From positions 85,808,001 through 85,872,000 of the forward strand of contig NC_043002.1 in assembly GCF_006345805.1 (NCBI RefSeq): a DNA stretch of 64,000 nt. Direction: 5' to 3'. This stretch comes from Octopus sinensis (lineage: Eukaryota). Positions 12,798 through 27,615 of this stretch are shown piece by piece. The notes under the pieces are model-generated. The model did not search any database. It was not told the DNA's origin and saw only the letters and a list, made by a program, of their open reading frames with translations. Position 1 is the first letter of the stretch; each line of letters starts with the position of its first letter. A program made the translations under genes and the position numbers.

Positions 12798-13512
12798 TAT
12801 ATATATATATATAGATGAGTGTATTTTTACCTTGTTAACAATTAACACGCAAAAATAAATAAATAGTTACCAGGGCAGCAAAAATCTCACAAGTAAAGAT
12901 GTTGTAACTCCTTGTTTATAAAGGTAGAAACTTTGTGTTTACGTTGAATATTTTGAATAATATGAATAAAAAATGGAGTTAACGCAGGTGTAAACAAATA
13001 TTTTTACTTTCGACACATGTGTCGAAAGTAAAAATACTTGTTTACACCTGCGTTAACTCCATTTTTTATTCATATATATATATATATATAAAATAAATTA
13101 CTTTGCCACATACTGAACTTTCTAGAAATAGCAGCCAAAACGTTTTTAGCCATTTCCACTACTTTAAGTAAACTTTTTAAGTTTTCTTAAAGTAGTGGAA
13201 ATGGCTAAAAACATTTTGGCTGCTATTTCTAGAAAGTTCAGTATGTGGCAAAGTAATTTATTTTATTAAGCCCTAATTATATAATGTAATATTTTGAATT
13301 CGCCTTAAATGGTCTTTTTACATACTGAACACTACTTGGTGAAATAATTAATAACTAATTAATTTTACCCTCAATTGTTGATATATATATATATATATGG
13401 AGCCTGGTGCAACCAGCTGGTTCACCAGCCCTCAGTCAAATTGTCCAACCCATGCTAGCATGGAAAGCGGACGTTAAATGATGATGATGATGATGATGAT
13501 ATATATATATAT

Positions 13513-13547
<35 letters not shown>

Positions 13548-14994
13548 CAAATATATATATATTCATATATAATGACATAAATAGGCTGAAGTTCACTATA
13601 GCTGTTTCAAACATGTTTTTATTGATGAACAAATCACTTAAACCATGTAAAACAAACGTTTCTTTAGATAGATTAAAATAAACCGAAATTTAAATAATTT
13701 GGTATCCTTATTAAAATACCTTGATTCTATTGGATACTGCAAATGATTGTGTGTATATGTGTGTGTATGTGTCTGAGGATAACTAACCCCAATCCTCCAG
13801 CTGTCACAAAGGTTCTGGAAAGATTTATGATTGTGCCCCTTCCTACTCTGACTAGTAAGTAAATGAATCTTCATTGCTTTCAATGAGGAGGATTCCGTTC
13901 ATTTGTCTACTGAATTACTTGTTCATTGAATCAGCATGCAAGTGACTGAGCTTTCCACAGTCACTTGTATCTTTCGCATAATTCTCAGGCAGAATCAGTA
14001 TGATACAGTGTATGACAACTATGTACCTTTGAATTACAAGTACAGTTCATCTAACAGGTTTCTACACAGTTTCCATCAACTCAGTCTCACCCACAAACTT
14101 AGGTTTACCCACAGCAATGGAGAAAGTCACTTGCCCAATATGCTATGCAGTGGGCTTAAGAAGCAAACTTCTTAACTATGCAACGTCTACTTTTAAAAGT
14201 AATATTTTAGGAATTGCTTTATTACCTTTATTTAATCTGTCTAACATCTTCCTACTAAATATGCTTCTGTAGCCAGCATCAGACCACAATTTTACATATC
14301 AAATTCTCATTTTTCTTTGATACCAACTTAACCCAGACAAATGTGATGGCCATTTGCTTCATACTGTAGACTGCTCATCACTCACTATAAATACTAAGCA
14401 GATTCTCTTTATTTCCTCTACCTAACTGTCCCTCCACTCTCTCTCTCTCTCTCTCTCTCTCGTTCACACTCATACATACACACGGACATATATACACTCC
14501 TTCTGAAAATAGTCACAAGCATGGCTGAAAGTTTGGTTTCCTTCAAACCAGTATAATGTTAAGTTATTTGTATCTATAAAAAAGACAACCTGACAGTTAT
14601 GAGTTTGATCAGGCATGCACAACATAGATGATTACTTCTCTCTCTCTCTCTCTCTCTCACACCATTTATATATATATGTGTATATATATGTGTGTGTGTG
14701 TGTATATATATATATAAATATACACACACACATAGACACACACATATGTATATATATATATATAAATACATATATATGTGTGTGTATATATAGATACATA
14801 TGTACACACACACACACACACATATATGTATATATACACCCACACATACATGTGTGTGTGTGTATGCCTCCACATGAAATGTGCAAGTGTGCGAGCACAC
14901 TTGCACATGTATATTTCCTCAAATAGCTATTCATTCAGTCATGTTTTACTGATAATGTGTCTGGAAGAATATAGCATCAATTTGTGTATAATAA

Positions 14995-15075
<81 letters not shown>

Positions 15076-15387
15076 TCCGTAGCAGGCTGTTGGATTTTAG
15101 TGGGTGTAAGAGAGTTAAAAAATTTGCACATTTTACTGTGGGATATTTTTTATGTACAATATATACAAAATAGATATATATGTTCAAGTGTGTGTGTGTG
15201 AGTGTGTGTGTGTGTGAGTGTGTGTGTGTTGTGTGTGTGTGTGTGGTGTGTGTGTGCATGTGCATGTACTCAATTTATCAGATATGAATGAAAAGACACA
15301 TCTCTTTCTCTTCCTCTTTCTCAATATATATCTAATTATATGTATATAATATAATATAATATATGCACATACGTATATATGTATGTA

Positions 15388-15432
<45 letters not shown>

Positions 15433-15445
15433 GTATGTCTGTGTG

Positions 15446-15504
<59 letters not shown>

Positions 15505-15699
15505 CGCTGCTGTGTTTTTTAAATTTTTTTATAATCAATAAATTGTATATAGAAATGTGAATTCTACGTTAAGAAGATATGTTTTGCATTTATTTCACTT
15601 CAGCAAGATCTCAACTCACAATGTAAAGCTTATAGCTAAATCCCATTAAGCTTTTAGGATGATATTAATTTATTTCTGCTGCTACACTACTCTTTCATA

Positions 15700-16740
15700 A
15701 TAATAATAATGATTTCAAATTTTGGCACAAGGCCAGCAATTTCGGGGAAGGGGGATAGTCAATTACATCTACACCAGTGCCCAACTGTTACTTATTTTAT
15801 CAACCCTGAGAGGATGAAAGACAAAGTCAACTTTGGTGGAATTTGAACTCATAATTTTAAGACGACAAAATACCTATTTCTTTACTACCCACAAAGGGCT
15901 AAACAAAGAGAGGACAAACAAGGACAGACAAACGGATTAAGTCGATTATATCGACTCCAGTGCGTAACTGGTACTTATTTAATTGACTCCGAAAGGATGA
16001 AAGGCAAAGTCAACCTCGGCAGAATTTGAACTCAGAACGTAACAGTAGACGAAATACCGCTAAGCATTTCACCTGGCGTGCTAATGTATCTGCCAGCTTG
16101 CATCCTTTTTTGTAGTAGTAGTAATTATTTCAAATTTTGGCACAAGGCCAGCAATTTCAGTGGAGTTGGGGAATAGTTGTTTACATCAACCCTAGTGTTC
16201 AGTTGGTGCTTATTTTTTTAACCCCAAAATGATGAAATAAAATTCAACCTTGGCAGAATTTGAGCACAGAGAATGAAGGGCTAGAAAATATACTAAGTAT
16301 TTTGTCCAGTATGCTAACAACTCTGCCAGCTCGCTGCCTTAAAATAGTGATTTCAAATTTTGGGTCAAGAGCTGCAATTTTAAGGGAGGGTAAGTCGATG
16401 CAAATGATTTTGTCAGCTCACCGCCTTTTCGTAATAATGATGATGTTGATTAGTGATAGGAAGAACATCTACCATAAAGAATAAACCCTGCCAGAGAAAA
16501 TAAAACAGTATAAAATACCGGTTTCAAATTTTGGCACAAGACCAGTAAGTTCAGAAGAAGGGGACAAGTCAATTACATCAACCACAGTGCTCAACTGGTA
16601 TTTATTTTATCCAAGAGGATGAAAGACAAAGTCAACCTCAGCAGAATTTGATCTCAGAACATAAAACTGGAAGAAAAGCCACTAAACATTTTGTGTGGCG
16701 TACTAACAATTCTGCCAGCTTACCACTTTAAAACAGCATA
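15700..16740 (-). mobile_element. Chain of ~5-6 SINE family B copies, all minus strand
   Basis: Repeated tttcaaattttggcacaaggccagc tails and aggatgaaaggcaaagtcaacctcggcagaatttgaactcag bodies. Confidence 0.85.
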
Positions 16741-16979
16741 AAATATTAATGGTGATGAATGCCGATAATTGCAGAAGGTTAAAAATGTTTGAGGAAAACA
16801 TATTATTGTCTGAGCCAGCCTCATTATGTAGCTGGTTCTTATTCAAAATGATGAGAGACCCTCTACTTGGTTATTCAACAACCTTAAAATCATATCTTAT
16901 CAACTTATTTACTTATGACCAGTAAACAAGTGTCACCTTAGTCTGCTGGCTGTGGACAACTGACACTCTCCATCACACC

Positions 16980-18760
16980 CAGCAAAATACATAACAAATA
17001 CAAGAACAACTTCATCACAAAGAACAGTAGATTACCCAGATTCTACCACCTCATTAAAACAAACAAGGATAGTGACATGATCCATATTAGACCCATTGTC
17101 TCCAGCATGGAAGTACATCTATATAAAATATCCCGGCTCCTCTCCCACATCCTGAAACCCATACTCTCCACCTTTCTTGAACATGTCAAGAACTCCGACA
17201 AAGTCATCAGAAGACTGTACCAACTGCCCCCAGACCAACTCAGGCAAAACAGATATGCTTTTAGTCTTGATGTTGTTTCTATGTACACAACGGTACCAGC
17301 ACACTTGGCAGTCAACCTATTGACTGACTGCATAGTAGGGTATGACATCCACTGCTTCAGACTCACTACAGCTGATATACATCAACTATTGTCCATCATC
17401 GTGGACAACACCTACTTCTCTTTCCATGATCACACCTACAAGCAGACAACAGGTCTCCCCATGGGATCCAGTCTCTCGAGCCTACTGGCCATCACCTATA
17501 TGAACCATCTGGAACATTGAGCACTCAACATCTGCTGCTCATGTGCCTTCTTCACCAGGTACGTAGATGACATCCTCATACTCACATACGCCCGTGAAGA
17601 GGCTGACAGAATATTCACAATAAGGCGGTAAGCTGGCAGAATCGTTAGCATGTTGGGCAACATGCTTAGTGGTATTTCGTCTGCCATTACGTTCTGAGTT
17701 CAAATTCCGCTGAGGTCGACTTTGCCTTTCATCCTTTTGGGGTTGATAAATTAAGTACCAGTTATGCACTGGGGTCGATATAATCGACTTAATCTGTCTG
17801 TCTGTCCTTGTTTGTCCTCTCTGTGTTTAGCCCTTTGTGGGTAGTAAAGAAATGGAAATAGGTATTTCGTCTGACGTTACGTTCTGAGTTCAAATTCCGC
17901 TGAGGTCAACTTTGCCTTTCATCCTTTCAGGGTTGATAAATTGAGTACCAGTTATACACTGGGGTCGATATAATCGACTTAATTCGTCTGTCTGTCCTTG
18001 TTTGTCTCCTCTGTGTTTAGCCCCTTGTGGGCAGTAAAGAAATAAGAATATTCACGATGTTCAACAACATTGACATGAATATATGATTCACTATAGAACA
18101 TCCCAACAACACTAGATCCCTATCACTGCTTGACTTCAACTGAAAATAACGAAAGAAGGAGAGATCCACACTAAGTTCTACAGGAAAGCAACCAGTAGAG
18201 ATATATTTGCTCACTACAATTCAGCCCTTCCACTCGGTGCCAAAATAGGATTAGCCAGACATGAACTTACATGCATCCATAGTAAGTACAGTTGGACAGA
18301 GGACAATGTGATCCACACTACATGCTTACTAGAGGTATTGTAAACCAACAAGTACCCTATATCCATTGTGAATCAGCTTAAGTACCCAAGACAACAAACA
18401 CGCCAAACGCAGAAAACCCAACAACACATGCTTCTTTAAAATACCCCATTTTAATGAGAAGATAACTACAGCCATCTGAAGAGCCATAAGAAGAGAAGGA
18501 TTAGACATACAACTTGCCCACCCCAGCCCCTCTCTGAGAAGACACCTAGCAAAGAAATGAGCAAGGGACAGCAATCAATGCACACTAGTTAACTGCCCCA
18601 TCTGTGTTATAGATTTATGCCAACGGGTAAATGTAACTCCATTACTTCCTAGCAATATCTGAAGAAGGAATTTTTGTATTCTGAAATTTTATATTAGACT
18701 GTGTATAATTAAATTATTTATAACAGTTATTATAGTCCACTCTGCATTGTTGTACCATTC
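16980..18760 (+). mobile_element. Decayed Penelope-like retroelement (RT + thumb/linker, truncated before GIY-YIG)
   Basis: PRFYHLIKTNK..IRPIVS, FSLDVVSMYTTVP, YKQTTGLPMGSSLS, FTRYVDDIL, then FTIEHP..SLSLLD, KFYRKA..IFAHYNSALP, CTLVNCPIC. Contains stops and a SINE insertion. Hammerhead-like ctgaagaaggaa..ttctgaaa at 18659-18686. Confidence 0.9.
17622..18044 (+). mobile_element. Dimeric SINE family B copy inserted in the Penelope RT
   Basis: 14-bp TSD agaatattcacaat (17608-17621) / agaatattcacgat (18045-18058). Body and tail are repeated twice. Confidence 0.9.
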
Positions 18761-21552
18761 AAGACATGTTACATTTCAATAATAATAATTGCTTCTAACA
18801 AAGGTACAACGTCTGAAATCAGGAGAATAGGATAGTTGGTTGCATCAACCCCAATACTTGACAGGTGTATTTATTTTATTGAACCCAGGGAGAGAGAAGG
18901 CAAAGTTGACCTTTGCAATATGTGAACCCAGAGCACAAAGATCTGGAATAAATGTGTACATAATTTATTCCAATTATTTATAAATAAGATTTGGATTCAG
19001 AGAATTGTGTGGCTATCACAGAAAGCTCCTCTAACGAACTTGGCTAACAGACTACATAGTAATCCAACATAGAGAAGTGTAATGCAGAGTGTTCGTGCTA
19101 CAAAAATCCAGAATATCTGATCTTTTATGAGGAGTATATAAAGGATAAAAAGTCAAGAGGTATGGGAGGTGAATATACATTTATTTAACCACTTGACAGC
19201 CTTTGGATTTTGACTTTTTTCACAGTCTTCTTCATGTTATAAGGATTTCAGTGTAGAATAAAATTATATTTACATGTTTGCATTAATATTCATGCTATGC
19301 ATTATACAATACTATTGTATATTCACAAATCAATGCAAGTAAAGAAAGCTAGCTCATCAGATCACCAGAACATCCTGGTTACACCAATGATTCAATTCAT
19401 AAGTATACATACAAAATCTCTTTATGTATACAATATGTGGAAGACCAAAACTAGATAAAATTAGCTTGGTTTCGTCAGTAAAAATAAAAATATGTTGGTT
19501 CATATTGATTAAGATGTTAGGTAAAAATTCAGGGAATTGACCACCCTTAATGTTAACACAAAAAAAAAAGCTAGCTCATCAGAACATCATGGATACACCA
19601 ATGATTCACCTTGCAGAGTTAACTTTCTTTATTTGTTTTGATTTGTGAATATATAATTGCATTATATAAAGTAGAGCATACATATTAGTGCAAACATGTA
19701 TACATAATTTCTTTCACTCTGAAATTCTTACTATATGAGGGAGGTTGTGAAACAACTGTAATCTATGGAGTTCAAGTGAATATATTCACTTCTCATACCT
19801 CCTGATTTTTTATGTTTCACATATATATATGTGTGTGTATGTAGGTATGTATGAATTGAGAAAATTTTTTCACATATATATAAATTTAACATAAATATAT
19901 CAATTTAATACACAACCACAGGAGCTACTAATAGTTTCATGCTTTTATGATACTTTAACAAGGTGTATTTTTAAATATGCCATGTATTTCCAAGCAATCT
20001 CTCAGGCTCTCTTTTTGCATTATATATATTTAAAAAAAAAAAAAAAAATGATCCTCTCGGTTCTGTATTAAATTGATATTTATCTCTCACTGGATTGAGT
20101 ACTTTTTTCATTGCTTCTACCTATATTGGATATTCCCAGACCCCAGTTGAACTGTCCAACCCATGCAAGCATGGAAAACGGGCATTAAACGATGATGATG
20201 ATGATATATATATATATATATATATAGTTTGCATATATATATATAGTTTACATACATACATACACACACACTTACCCACATATATATTTAGAGAGAGAGA
20301 GAGACAAACAGAAAGATGTATGTATGTGTTTACACATTTACATATAGAGAGGGTGTATATTTACAAATGTAAGATAAACAAGATTACCTATTCAGACCTC
20401 AACTTTGTATGCATTGAACATTATGCTCAACTGTATTAATTATTAGATTGCAAAATAAGAAAAGAAAAAATGCAAGTTGCAATCACTATCAACCTCCCTC
20501 TCACACATTTTCCAATTCGCAGTTGATTACACAAGAGGCCACAAAGTCAGCTGCATGAAAATATTTACAATACATGTGACAAATCAATCAGACCTGGTAT
20601 GCTTCTAATACTGGTATATTGGAGTGAAATCATTACTTTTATCTGTTTATGCCACAAAATTAGCAATCATCATCATCATGCTGGCATGGATTAGACAGTC
20701 TGACTGGAACTGATAAACCAGATGGCTGCACCCGGTTCCTGTCTGGTTCACCTTCTATGTTCCTGCCTCAAGGCTTTCACTCTACACATGCCAGCTCAAC
20801 TTGATTTGTCTCTATTAGTCGAAAGACACCTGTTGTTATTTTCTTGTTGCTTGTATTTGTAATTGTGTAACATTTTCTCTGTTTTTTATATTTTCCCTGT
20901 TTATTTTTGTCTTTGTTGTTGTACACATTCGCTTGCTATCTCCCAAAATCTTTAATGCTCTTAGCTTAGATTTTTGGGGCCAGCCAGATTTGAACAGTCT
21001 CAAGTGTAACTGACCTAAACTGTAAGGATAATCTGGAAACTTGACTGAGGAGAGAAGGCCACTAATGACCCATCCTTGTTTTTTCCTGTCCATCTTTGTA
21101 TCATCTATCTGTCCAGATGTTTTATTATCATCTGTTGCATTCTTGTTCCATTTTTTGGATGGATACATGCATACATAAAATATGCAGCTATATGCATGAG
21201 AATACATACATAAAATATACAAATCTGCACCTACATACATACAGTCAGACTGTCTAATCCATGCCAGCATGATGATGATGATTGCTAAACAGATAAAAGT
21301 AACGACTTCACTCCAATATACCAATATTGATTTGTCACATGTATTGTAAATATTTCATGCAACTGTATGCATGCATACAAACAAACAAACAAACAAAAAT
21401 ACTCTTGATGTTGAAATTCCAATAAAGGAGTCTTGGATCTAGGTTAGAAACCGGCTCTTTCTCTATTGGCAAGAAATCTTGAAATAAAACTGAACAATTA
21501 CATACATAGATACATATACACACACACATATATACATACACAAATATGTATG

Positions 21553-21612
<60 letters not shown>

Positions 21613-21684
21613 TGTATACATACATACATATATATACACACATATATATATACATACATATATATACACACACACACACACATA

Positions 21685-21727
<43 letters not shown>

Positions 21728-22271
21728 GTGTGTGTGTATGGTTCAAATGTAGAGAAAATAAAAGACAGAGACAGTGAGAGAACAACAAGCAGGTGTATTA
21801 GTTTGACTCTCAGGAATAATGAAAAAGTTTTGGATCTTTCGAGCCAATGCTCTTCAGAAGAAAGGGGTGAGAGAGAAAATATGTATGTACGTATATATGC
21901 ATGCATATCTTTATACATATGTACACAATTGCAGCAGTATGGTTAAGGTGCTTGCTTCATGTCCACATGGTTTTGGGTTTGGTCCCATTGCACAGTACCT
22001 TAGGTAAATTTCTTCTACTATACCTTGTGAGTGAATCTGGTAGGTGTGTGTGTGTATGCCTGAGTATAAGCAAGTGTTGATATTGCATTCCTGCTACCAC
22101 TCATGTTAAATGGTGATAATGTTGACATTTATTATTGATATTATGACTAATCAATCTGTGCTTTCAAAGACCACTAAAATAAATAAAAAAGAATCTCTTA
22201 ATTGCAAAGGTTAGTGACAGGAAGAGCATCCATCTGTAAAATCCTGCCTCACATAATTCGTGTCTAACCCA

Positions 22272-22692
22272 TTCTTATTTCTTTATTGCCCACAAGGGGC
22301 TAAACATAAAGGGGACAAACAAGAACCGACAAGGGAATCAAGTCGATTACATCAACCCCAGTGCATAACTGGTACTTAATTTATCGACCCCAAAAGGATG
22401 AAAGGCAAAGTCAGCCTCGGTGGAATTTGAACTCAGAACATAATGGCAGACGAAATACCCATTTCTTTACTGCCCACAAGGGGTTATACACAGAGGGGAC
22501 AATTAAAGACAGACAAAAGGATTAAGTCAATTACATCGACCCCAGTACTCAACTGGTACTTAATTTATCGACCCCGAAAGGATGATAGGCAAGGTTGACC
22601 TCAGCGGAATTTGAACTCAGAACATAACGGCAGATAAAATACTACTAAGCATTTCGCCCGGCATTCTAACGTTTTTGCCAGCTCTCCACCTT
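22272..22692 (-). mobile_element. Dimeric SINE family B copy
   Basis: Reverse complement of the 17622-18044 architecture, with the same internal junction. A monomer of this tail type is at ~24640-24862(-). Confidence 0.85.
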
Positions 22693-23351
22693 CATGCCTA
22701 ACCCATTCTAACATGGAAAAACTGACATTAAATGGGCAAACAAGTGAACTAAGAAATACATTCACAATTCTATATTTCTGAAATGAGGAATTTATGTTAT
22801 GCACACTGTTTATCTTAACTGAACTTACGTCCTATCTTGATTGTTGCTTTCACTATGATTTAGCTGTTGTATGCTATAGCCTTCATCAGATGTCTTGTGT
22901 TTAATTCTGTTGTTGTGTCAGAATTTCGAATTTAACCATCTATTTGATCCATGGTTGTACACTGTTCTCTTTCCAGTCTGATTTTTTGGGACATTTTTTG
23001 CTTCAGCTGTTTTTTTTTTTTTTGTGAATTACCTTATTGCCTTGCCTGAGATTGAACTCAAAACCTCTAGGTAACTGCAGTGCATAAACCAGCATTACAA
23101 AACACAGTGAGCAGAATGAGAATAGTGTACTTGACTTGGACTAAATAAATGGTTAGATTAGGTTTGAAATTTCAATGCAACAACTGAGTTCAACGCAAGA
23201 TACATGAAAAGGGCTGGAGCATACAACAGCTGAAACATAGTGAAAGCAATAATCAAGATGAGGACACCAGTCTGACGAATATAAACAGTATACATAAGAT
23301 ACACACACACACACACGACACACACACGACACACATTCACAGATTTTGAAT

Positions 23352-23560
23352 TTAACAGTTTAGCATTCAGATTTCTCTGCTAAATCTAATGTTTATTTAT
23401 TCACATTGTTTTGAATTAATCATGTATTAATGCATAACTTCAAGGCTTTGATGACATGATTATTCATTTTTAGAATTACATTGTAGTGTAGGTGTGAGAG
23501 GGCCTAATCTAGCCGATTTGAACATAGAACATATAGAATATTTGGGCTGCATATGGCCAA
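23352..23560 (-). mobile_element. Truncated piggyBac-like MITE (same family as 42830-43051)
   Basis: ttaacagtttagcattcagatt...tagaatatttgggctgcatatggcc is the reverse complement of the 42830 element. Confidence 0.65.
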
Positions 23561-23641
23561 ATATGGAATCAACACACAAAACACAGAAGCAAAAATTTAA
23601 TTTTCATTATAATTTAATAATTTTATATCATGCACAAATTA

Positions 23642-23868
23642 CAGTGTGTCTATAAATTACATTTACAATTTGAAAAATTCAGAAAAGAAAAAAGGATAAC
23701 TCAACTGGGTGTATGAAACCAATGAAACTTATGTTGAAGTGTTCTGATGTTTCTAACAACACTTTATCATCTGTTTGCCTATGTTTTCCAATAAACTCTG
23801 TTGAGTTAGTATTTTTTTTACTTCTCTGAACTTTTCAAATTGTAAAGATAATCTATAGACATCTTATG
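23642..23868. mobile_element. Tc1/mariner-type MITE with ~90 bp degenerate TIRs
   Basis: ta|cagtgtgtctataaattacatttacaatttgaaaaattcag ... ctgaacttttcaaattgtaaagataatctatagaca..ta. Confidence 0.65.
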
Positions 23869-24518
23869 TATTGTATTAAAACTTTATATTAATATTACTC
23901 CAATAAAAAAAATAGCCCAAATGTTATTTTTCATTTAACAGGCTATCAGCAATGTAGCTACACTCTCCTTACTTTCACCTTTTCTTGTTTAAGCAAGAGT
24001 CCACTCTGTTGTGGTTGTGTTGTGTTGTGTTGTGTGTGTGATGAGCAACCAGCTGACATGATCATATTGGGATTGGGTAAATTGATTTGTTGTAATTGTT
24101 CTGGCTCTCTGCAGACTGAGTTCAAATCCTGTAGAGGTTGACTTTGCTTTTTATCCTTCAGCACCATAAAATAAAGTATGAGTCCTGTATTGAGATTGAT
24201 TCTTCTCTTTCTTCTTATCTCTTTATCATTTTATCATTTCTTTCTTCTGGGGAAAATGGGTTGCAGTCACATCTGGAATGGAATGGACTACACTAGGTCT
24301 AAAATTGGTGACAACCAACCCACTATACCCCAATCAAGGGCTTGAGGGCCCAAACCAATGCATGCATATGTATGTATGTGTATACACACACACATGCACA
24401 CATGTGTGTGTATGTATATATGTATGTGTGTGTGCTTGTGTATATATATGTGTGTGTGTGTGTATGTATACACACACCTATATATATATATATGTGTGTG
24501 TGTGTATGTATACACACA

Positions 24519-24559
<41 letters not shown>

Positions 24560-25424
24560 TACATGTATTGTTAATTTTGGTACTTACTCTATTGGTCTCT
24601 TTTTGCCTTACAACAACACAGACATAAACCCACCAATATTTATTTATTGCCCACAGGGCTCTAAACATAGAGGGGACAAAGAAGGATAGATAATGGGATT
24701 AAGTTGATTACATTGACCCCAGTGCATAACTGGTACTTATTTAATTGACTCTGAAAGGATGAAAGGCAAAGTCGATCTCAGCAGAATTTGAACTCAGAAC
24801 GTAACAGCAGACGAAATACTGCTAAGCATTTTTCCCAGCATGCTAATGATTCTGCCAGTTCGTGAGAAGGGGACACAAATACAAACACACATGTTTAGTC
24901 TCCATCTACTAAATCTACTCACAAGGCTTTGGTCGGCCCAGTACTATAGTAGAAGACAATTGCTTGAAGTGTCATGCAGTGAGATTGAACCTGGAACTGT
25001 GTTGTTGGGAATCAAACTTCTTATCACACAGCCTTACCTGCACCTACACAGCTACACACTTGCACCTACACAGCTATACCTGTTTAAAGTATTCTGATAT
25101 TCCAACATTTATGCATTTCATTGCATATAAGATGCACTTTTTTCCCAAAATATGTCTCAGGGCCAATATCACATGCTTTCATGCGCTAAAATAGTTTTCT
25201 GATTTTCTGAATACATGTTGCTAATATTGGAATGCATCTAATGTGTCCATGCATTTTTTATGTCATCAAATAAGCATATTTTATTATTCTACGCTATGTT
25301 TTATTTATGGATATATAAATATAATTTTATTTATGATATTTTATAAATGTTCATGAATTTAAAATGTTTTTTACATACACACAGAGGCATGCATATGTGC
25401 ATGTGCATACACACATTTGCAAAT

Positions 25425-25508
<84 letters not shown>

Positions 25509-25535
25509 ATAGATTGATAGATAGATAAATAGATT

Positions 25536-25587
<52 letters not shown>

Positions 25588-25945
25588 TAGATAGATAGAT
25601 ATATAATATATATATAGATAGATAGATAGATATAGATATATATATATATATATATAATATATTATAGATAGATAGATAGATATAGATTTATATATATATA
25701 GATAGATAGATAGATAGATAGATATAGATTTATATATATATAGATAGATAGATATATATTATATATAATATAGATATATAAATATATAGATAGATAGATA
25801 GATATAGATTTATATATATATATCAATCTATATCTATCTATCTATATATATATATATAGAGAGAGAGAGATAGATAGATATATAGATAGAGATTTGTATG
25901 TATGTATGTATTTATGTATGTATGTATGTATGTATGTATGTATGT
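25425..25945. repeat. Compound microsatellite (CA)n-(TA)n-(GA)n-(GATA)n-(TATG)n
   Basis: Read directly from the sequence. Confidence 0.95.
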
Positions 25946-26661
25946 ATAAAAAGCAAAAGAAGGAGGAACAGAGAGAGACTTGTTAGAAAAGTTTTAAAAG
26001 CCAATACAATACAGTTTGGAAGTAAAGGAGTGAAAACAGAAGTTAGAAAGACAAAACAACAGAATACACTTTGCCTTATATTGAGATATTTTAATGTTAA
26101 AACCTCTTTAATGAAAGAAAAATGCCTGTTGGTAAAGTGTAGGTGTCTTTTGTTCAGATATGTGGGAGCAAGAAGGTTGACATGCACAAACAGGTAGCAT
26201 TGTAAAAACTAGTCCACAACATGTAAATTGATAGCTATTGGTATCTGATGAATTCAATTTATCCTCAATTACTAACATCCTGTTTTTTTATGGGGTTTTT
26301 TTTTTTTGATAATTTTAGTTGTGGAATCTCTCCAGGTATTTCTTAATTGAGGTTATTGTGGATATGTTCTTTAGTGTAGATATGCAATCTGCAGGCAATG
26401 ATTCTTATGTAGGAACTGCTACATTTATTATAGACTATTTGGTACACTAAATAGGCCCTCAAGCACATATCCATATTGTTAATGGAACAGTTGAATAGTT
26501 TACACATGTCATTGCTGTCAGTTTGACAATTTTAAGACAGGAATTTCTTCAAAGAGAGCAACTGGACAGCACCATATGTATGCTCAATCCTTCGTGCCAT
26601 TTTCTTTATTTCCAATTTACATTGTTCAGGGGCTTAAAACAATTTTAACATACACACATAC

Positions 26662-26718
<57 letters not shown>

Positions 26719-27566
26719 CTTATAAAATAAGGCAAAAGAAAAATTCTAATGCCAAATATGCCGAAAAAAGAGACACATTTTTAGAAATTTCTATCGGCTT
26801 GTTTCGAGATGCATAAATTATAGTGGTTGTTGACAATTTGTCCTTTTTCGGCATATTGTCATTAGAATTTTTCTTTTGCCCTTATTTTGTAAGTTATTTA
26901 TAAATTTAACCTTTAAAGGTATTTTTTGATATGCTGGCCATTGATAAATTTTTTTTTTTTTTTTGAAAAAATTTTATCCCACATTAGTTGTATATATATA
27001 TATATATGTAGAATTAGATATACATTGTCTGTGTGTCCCTTCTTGAAACCTCTCTTGTCAAACCATTTTTTTTTCCAACCAGTCACCATGCTTGACTGCT
27101 GAATCCACAAGTTTTTTTTATTCTCTCTCTCTCTCTCTATTTTCTTGTTTTCCTTTCTGTTGAAGACCATAGGCTTGAAATGTAAAAGACTTTCTCACTT
27201 TCCTGACCATCAAACTACTACACCTGCTTGTTGTTCATACACTTGTCTTCAAAGTAGTGGTTGGTATGAAGCTATAGTAGAAGAAATTTACCCAAGGTAC
27301 TATGCAATGGGACCAAACCCAAAACCATGTGGTCATGAAGCAAACACCTTAACTATACTGCTGCACTTGTGTACATATATATATTAACATATGCATACAT
27401 ATATACATACTTTTTCTCTCTCTCTATTTTTTCCTCTCACTCCTTTCTGCCAAAGAGCATTGGCTTGAAAGATCCAAGACTTTTCCATTCTTCTTGAGAG
27501 GCAAACTAATACACCTGTTTGTTGTTCTCTCACTGTCTGTCTTTTATTTTCTGAACATTTGAACCA

Positions 27567-27615
<49 letters not shown>

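Noticed and set aside
20836-21324. 162 aa minus-strand ORF
   Set aside because: Spans an inverted repeat fragment and low-complexity DNA; no domain or splice support.
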